A DNA stretch of 64,000 nt from NCBI GenBank assembly GCA_000433035.1, contig FR890815.1, forward strand, positions 21,800 to 85,799, written 5' to 3'. Of the stretch, positions 59,356 to 64,000 are shown one piece after another. Origin of the DNA: Staphylococcus sp. CAG:324 (GTDB taxonomy: Bacteria > Bacillota_I > Bacilli_A > ML615J-28 > CAG-313). A program made the position numbers and the translations under genes. Below the pieces are notes generated by a model. That model saw only the letters and a list, made by a program, of their open reading frames with translations. It was not told where the DNA came from and made no database searches. How positions within the stretch are numbered: the stretch's first letter is position 1; every line of letters starts with the position of its first letter.

Positions 59356-60944
59356 TTAACCTCCTTGCGAAAGATTTTAAATTGATGTTTGGAAAAGAAA
59401 AAAGTATTGCTAAAAAAATAATTACTATTTTAATAACAATCTTTTTTCTTACTTGTTTTATTGGAATTGAGGTATTTTTGTTTACAACTATTTTGAATAA
59501 AATAGGAAAATTTCATCAAGCACCAATGGCCTTTATGAATGTATTTTTATTTATTATTTCTATTCTTATTACTATTTCTGGAATCTTTAGAGCGATGAAA
59601 CTTTTTTTTAATCAAAAGGATATTGAACAATTATCCACAAAACCAGTTAGTAATAGTGCAATTATTTTATCTAAATTAGTCTTTCTATTCATTACTCATT
59701 ATGCAATTAGTATTTTATTTATCTATCCATTATTTATTGCATATGGTATTCACTATGCAATGACATTAAAATTTTATTATCTAGCCCTTTTTTATCCCAT
59801 TCTTTCTTTCTTTTTTGAGATGGGAGTTGCTCTTCTTTTTATCTATCCTTTTTGGCTTTTAAAAAATTATTTAAACAAGCATCTATTAGTAAGATTTCTT
59901 TTAATCGTAATATTGCTTGTGATTGGATGTTATTTTTACGCAAAAGTTTTGAATCTGTTTATTGAAATGATTGCGGGGGGAAATATAAATCATTTATTTA
60001 CCCAAACAATGATGGATAAACTCATCAATTTTAGAAAATATGAGATTCCAATTAATTTTTTAACAGATATTTTTATTCAAAATAGATATAGTAGTATATT
60101 ACCATACTTAGGTATATCATTGGGTATTTTTATTCTTGGTTTAAGTATTACTATTTTTACTTTTAGTTATGTAAGAAATATTTTTATTTCTAATAAGAAA
60201 AAACATAGAATAAAAGATTACAAAAAACAATCTATCCAAAAAGCTTTAATCAAAAAAGAAGTTATACTTTTAACTAAAAATCAAAATTATACTTTATCTT
60301 TTACAGGGCTTTTGATTGTTCAACCCTTTTTAGTATATTTGGTAATCAAAGCTTTAAATACAATTTTTACTTCTGGTATTTTTGCTTATTATATTTCAAT
60401 TGTACCATCTTTTATTCCATTATTAGATATTTTAATTTTAATGTTATTTACCGTTATTATCAATCAGGGAGCAAGTCAATATATTCAAATGGAGAAAAAG
60501 ACGATTAAAGTGATGAAAACAATACCAGTTTTACCTCGAATTCAATTGTTGATAAAAGTAAGTATACCTTTGCTACTTTCTTTTACATCCCTTTTTATCA
60601 CTTTACTTGTCTTATTGGTGTTAAAAACGATTACGTTTATCACTTTCATTTTTGCTTTTGTATTAGTAAGTTTATTATTATTCATTTATGATGTGATTTC
60701 TTTAAAGGAAGAATTGAATATTAGAAATCATAAACCAAGAAGGTCAATTGTTTCTAATCTATACTCATATATTTTACCAATTATATATTTTATAGTGACA
60801 ACAATTCTTTCATATTTTGGTATGTCGATATATATTGCCTATTTGATAGGATGTATTGTATTTGTCATACTAGGAATACCACACGTGTTTCATTTGAAAA
60901 AAAATATGGAATCTTTATTTATGGATTTGGATGTGATCAATTAA
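59352..60944 (+). CDS. Polytopic ABC-transporter permease-like membrane protein
   Basis: Overlaps the ABC ATPase stop (ATGA). About 12 predicted TM helices in two bundles. Confidence 0.6.
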   Translation: MINLLAKDFKLMFGKEKSIAKKIITILITIFFLTCFIGIEVFLFTTILNKIGKFHQAPMAFMNVFLFIISILITISGIFRAMKLFFNQKDIEQLSTKPVSNSAIILSKLVFLFITHYAISILFIYPLFIAYGIHYAMTLKFYYLALFYPILSFFFEMGVALLFIYPFWLLKNYLNKHLLVRFLLIVILLVIGCYFYAKVLNLFIEMIAGGNINHLFTQTMMDKLINFRKYEIPINFLTDIFIQNRYSSILPYLGISLGIFILGLSITIFTFSYVRNIFISNKKKHRIKDYKKQSIQKALIKKEVILLTKNQNYTLSFTGLLIVQPFLVYLVIKALNTIFTSGIFAYYISIVPSFIPLLDILILMLFTVIINQGASQYIQMEKKTIKVMKTIPVLPRIQLLIKVSIPLLLSFTSLFITLLVLLVLKTITFITFIFAFVLVSLLLFIYDVISLKEELNIRNHKPRRSIVSNLYSYILPIIYFIVTTILSYFGMSIYIAYLIGCIVFVILGIPHVFHLKKNMESLFMDLDVIN

Positions 60945-60945
60945 T

Positions 60946-63417
60946 ATGACAAAGAAAAACTTAATTATTTTATTGTTAATTCCCTTTTTAATTGCTTTGC
61001 TTGGTGTTGTAACGATTAATACGACCTTTCATTTCATTGATAATGATATTATTGCAATTCAATGGGATTATGATGATACCGAGGCTTTCAAGTTACAAGA
61101 TAATTTATATTTGTTAGAAGCGGTTGGTGTCAATCAAAAAAACTATCCAGCAGGGGCTGGTAATACACTTGTATGGAGTATTAGAAATCGTAATATAGAA
61201 GATGACAATGTGTATGGTGAAATTGTTAAACAAGATCAGCACTATTATTTAAAAACACTTGCGTGTGGAGAGGTGATTATCACATGTTCAAATGAAAAGG
61301 GTACAATTTTTAAATCCATGCATGCGATCATTTATGAAAATGGAGCCATTCTTATTCAAACGAAAATTAGAGGTTCTCAAAACAATATTGATCAAACAAT
61401 TTACTATGGTGAATATGATTTAGAAAATCAAAATAAAATAAAGGCAAGTGTTGATTTAGAAATTACAGCCGTACCAAAGAGTATCTCTTCGCTACTTAGA
61501 ATTGAAAACCAAACGGATAATATTGAAATTGATTTAATGAATCATACATTAGAAATTAAAGATGCTGGTTTTGCTTCATTTACCATTAGTTGTGGTGATG
61601 AAAATATTGCGAAAAATGCTACTTATTCCTTTGAAGTAGTTGAAAATGGAGTGAATGTATATAGTTATGATGATCTATTGAATTGTTCTAATTATTCAAA
61701 TACTGGTGAAATTATTGTTCTTCGAAAATCATTTGAATCACTAGAAAATGCTTATCAGATGAGTGCTAGTGGAGAGGTTCTCTTAGAAGATGGCAAGCCA
61801 GTTTTAAAAGAAAATAATGTTGAATGTTTTGGTAACTATAATCCAGTCACTAAAAAATTTAATTTTAAAAATGAAATCTATCGTTTTGTTACAACCTATA
61901 ATAAAAATTATATTGATCAGTGGAATCAAAGTGTTGCAACAAGTGGCGGTAGCAATTACATATCAACTGAAATTTTAGTAGGTCTTCATATTCAAAAAAA
62001 CTTTTATGGGAATGGATATACGATTAATATGCATAATCTGACTTATCCAACTGAAATAATTGAAGTAGATAGTGGTGATGGAACGTTTGTATCTATTCCT
62101 CATTTAGCTAAAGATGATTTATTTAGAGGTCCTCTTCCTTTTTATGCTTTGGGTGACCATAATAATATGCCATTGGTTGAAGCTTTTGGTCAAGATAATA
62201 TTGGAATGTATGTGGAAGGCAATGATATTTTAATCAATGATGTCTATGTACGAAATTGTGATTTTGGTAATAGATTGGCTAATCTTGATACAGTGGGAAC
62301 AGTTTTAGAAGTGAGTGGAAATAATATAAAAATTATGAATGCTAGACTTGCGAATGGTAAAAATGTTTTACGTAGTTTTTCTTCCATGCATGTAGAAGTA
62401 ATCAATAGTATGTTAAGTTATGCAAGAAACTTTTTGGTTTCGCTTGGTACGAATGAGTACATTCTTATTGATGGCAGTAAAACGTATGATTTTACCGATT
62501 TAAATGGGAATTTGACATCACTTCAAATAGAAGATTATTTTCAAACGAATGGGGTTGGTGACAATATTTTAAATGCCTATTTACAAGCCAATTTTAGTTC
62601 AAAAGAGAATATGAAAAAAGCTCTTTTGTCTATGCAAAGAGCGCTTAGTAATGAAAAGTTAATTCAAGATGAAGAGAATAATCCTATTTACAAAGGTAGT
62701 ATGAAAATAAAAGATACTTTCTTTTATCAAAGTGGAATTGCGGCAATCTCTCTTGAATCTATGTTTAATGGACCTTTCTTATATTCGAATATTCCTAGTG
62801 TAATTTGGGAAGTATTAGGAATGCTTGAAACACAAGAAGGTATACCTCTTGATAGTCTTAAAACAAGTAAGATTGCGGGGTTATCTTATCCAGTTGAATT
62901 AGAAATTTGTGGTAATACGAAATTTTATGATTATAAAGCTACGGATAGTGTGGATATTAGTGGATTAATTACCGAAAATATATCAAAGTTTGCTCAATCC
63001 ATTGATCCAAGTTATGAGGGAATAATAGATATTGATAAAATATTTCCAATTAAACAATATTTAATTGACAAGGCCACAACTCAAGGTTCAATTTATACAG
63101 ACAATGGTAAAACATATATAAATTTACCTATTGCGTATTATGGTGGTGGACTTAATTTATCTAAAGTTGAGGTTTCCACTGAGGATATAACGATTCATTT
63201 CAATCGAGAAATTGAAATTGATTTGATTGATAATTATTTAAATTTAGGACAAGGTTCTAATACAGTTGAGATGTTAAAAAATATGATGCTAAAAGCAGTA
63301 ACGGTGGTAACCGGTTATGAACCATTCAAATTTGTATGTATGAAAGGTGATGGTTATTTATATGGAGAAACACCAAAGATTTCTGATTTAATTTTGAATA
63401 ACATAAAAGGAGAATAA
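60946..63417 (+). CDS. Large surface protein with an N-terminal signal anchor and a probable right-handed beta-helix (pectate-lyase-like) repeat region
   Basis: Signal anchor LIILLLIPFLIALLGVV. Repetitive N/G/V-rich segments with the N-x-(L/I/V) periodicity typical of PbH1 repeats. Confidence 0.5.
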   Translation: MTKKNLIILLLIPFLIALLGVVTINTTFHFIDNDIIAIQWDYDDTEAFKLQDNLYLLEAVGVNQKNYPAGAGNTLVWSIRNRNIEDDNVYGEIVKQDQHYYLKTLACGEVIITCSNEKGTIFKSMHAIIYENGAILIQTKIRGSQNNIDQTIYYGEYDLENQNKIKASVDLEITAVPKSISSLLRIENQTDNIEIDLMNHTLEIKDAGFASFTISCGDENIAKNATYSFEVVENGVNVYSYDDLLNCSNYSNTGEIIVLRKSFESLENAYQMSASGEVLLEDGKPVLKENNVECFGNYNPVTKKFNFKNEIYRFVTTYNKNYIDQWNQSVATSGGSNYISTEILVGLHIQKNFYGNGYTINMHNLTYPTEIIEVDSGDGTFVSIPHLAKDDLFRGPLPFYALGDHNNMPLVEAFGQDNIGMYVEGNDILINDVYVRNCDFGNRLANLDTVGTVLEVSGNNIKIMNARLANGKNVLRSFSSMHVEVINSMLSYARNFLVSLGTNEYILIDGSKTYDFTDLNGNLTSLQIEDYFQTNGVGDNILNAYLQANFSSKENMKKALLSMQRALSNEKLIQDEENNPIYKGSMKIKDTFFYQSGIAAISLESMFNGPFLYSNIPSVIWEVLGMLETQEGIPLDSLKTSKIAGLSYPVELEICGNTKFYDYKATDSVDISGLITENISKFAQSIDPSYEGIIDIDKIFPIKQYLIDKATTQGSIYTDNGKTYINLPIAYYGGGLNLSKVEVSTEDITIHFNREIEIDLIDNYLNLGQGSNTVEMLKNMMLKAVTVVTGYEPFKFVCMKGDGYLYGETPKISDLILNNIKGE

Positions 63418-63421
63418 GAAC

Positions 63422-64000
63422 ATGAAAAAGAAAATCCTAAATTTAATAACTATGATATTATTATGTTTTGTTTTAGCAGGATGTTCTAGTTTCTTTGGTG
63501 ATAATGAGTCACTACAAATTGAAAATATTCAAGCTGAAAGTTTAGAAAATGGTGACATTAAAATAACAATTACATATGTAAATGAAGTTTTAGATCCAAC
63601 CATTTTTATTGTACCAAAGGGTGATACAGGCTCAACAGGGGTAGGAATTAAAGAAATAATAACGACTAAAAAAGAAGATGGTAGTGGTTCAATTTTAACA
63701 ATTACTTATACGGATGATTCTATTTCACCAACAATTGTGGAAGTAAAAGATGGTGTTTCGGTTAGCAGTATAGATCCTGTTGTCAATCCTGAAACTGGAG
63801 AAATAGTAATTTATATTAGATATAGTGATGGGACGAGTTCAGAACCGATGGTACTTCCAAAAGGAGAAGATGGTAAAGATGGCATTTCGGTGATCGGCAT
63901 TGACCAAAGAATCAATAGAGATTTTAGTGTGACTTTGACTTTTAAAATGTCGCAAGGTGAAGATGTCATTGTGAATATTCCTGCACCTCAACAAGGAGAA
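63422..64000 (+). CDS. Lipoprotein (partial at window end) with repeated beta-rich modules and short Gly-X-Y-like triplets
   Basis: Lipobox VLAGCSS. Repeated TITY...DxSISPTIVEV modules. PKGDTGSTG and PKGEDGKDG motifs. Confidence 0.5.
   Translation, partial: MKKKILNLITMILLCFVLAGCSSFFGDNESLQIENIQAESLENGDIKITITYVNEVLDPTIFIVPKGDTGSTGVGIKEIITTKKEDGSGSILTITYTDDSISPTIVEVKDGVSVSSIDPVVNPETGEIVIYIRYSDGTSSEPMVLPKGEDGKDGISVIGIDQRINRDFSVTLTFKMSQGEDVIVNIPAPQQGE

Noticed and set aside
1-64000. Mobile elements, integrases, transposases, phage genes, toxin-antitoxin pairs, rRNA/tRNA
   Set aside because: None of the ORFs shows DDE/tyrosine/serine recombinase motifs or phage structural signatures. No rRNA-like conserved stretches were found. 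The unusual regions therefore appear to be chromosomal accessory loci rather than recognisable mobile elements.

Overview
AT-rich (~30% GC) chromosomal segment from a low-GC Firmicute, Erysipelotrichia/Bacilli-like. Standard genetic code: TAA/TAG stops, no in-frame TGA in the long ORFs. Nearly every gene is on the + strand and tightly packed, with many stop/start overlaps. Positions 1-13.3 kb and 22-37 kb are ordinary housekeeping genes: GNAT acetyltransferase, cysteine-synthase-family PLP enzyme, XRE regulator, RlmI-like methyltransferase, DapF, Na+/alanine symporter, threonine-aldolase-like, DusB, ClpC-like, HflX, NifU-like, S1 protein, CwlD-like amidase, tsaE-tsaB-rimI-tsaD, PckA, a split oxaloacetate-decarboxylase Na+ pump, and dltA-C-B-D. 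Three regions look accessory or unusual. (i) 13.4-21.3 kb: a 1425-aa SF1/Upf1-like helicase-related giant protein with a C-terminal DUF559/Vsr-like 'GWxV' REase-like domain. It is translationally coupled to an ankyrin-repeat protein, the diadenylate cyclase CdaA, a PAS-like membrane protein and bifunctional IspDF. (ii) 37.4-52.9 kb: a Gram-positive type IV pilus / Com-like locus with 4 small pilin-like genes, prepilin peptidase, PilC, PilB, a major pilin and a 605-aa giant pilin paralog. It is followed by three large surface lipoproteins/adhesins, one with BspA-LRR plus Listeria-Bacteroides repeats and one with Big_2 repeats. (iii) 53.1-64.0 kb: a tightly coupled operon with two paralogous secreted proteins carrying SipW-cognate-type signal peptides, an unusually extended SipW-type signal peptidase, a membrane-anchored McrB-family AAA+ protein, a Zn-ribbon partner, an ABC ATPase with a polytopic permease, an 823-aa beta-helix-like surface protein and a lipoprotein. 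This third locus is the best candidate for an undescribed system, either secretion/fibre assembly or an embedded McrBC-like module. No rRNA, tRNA, CRISPR, transposase or integrase was recognised.
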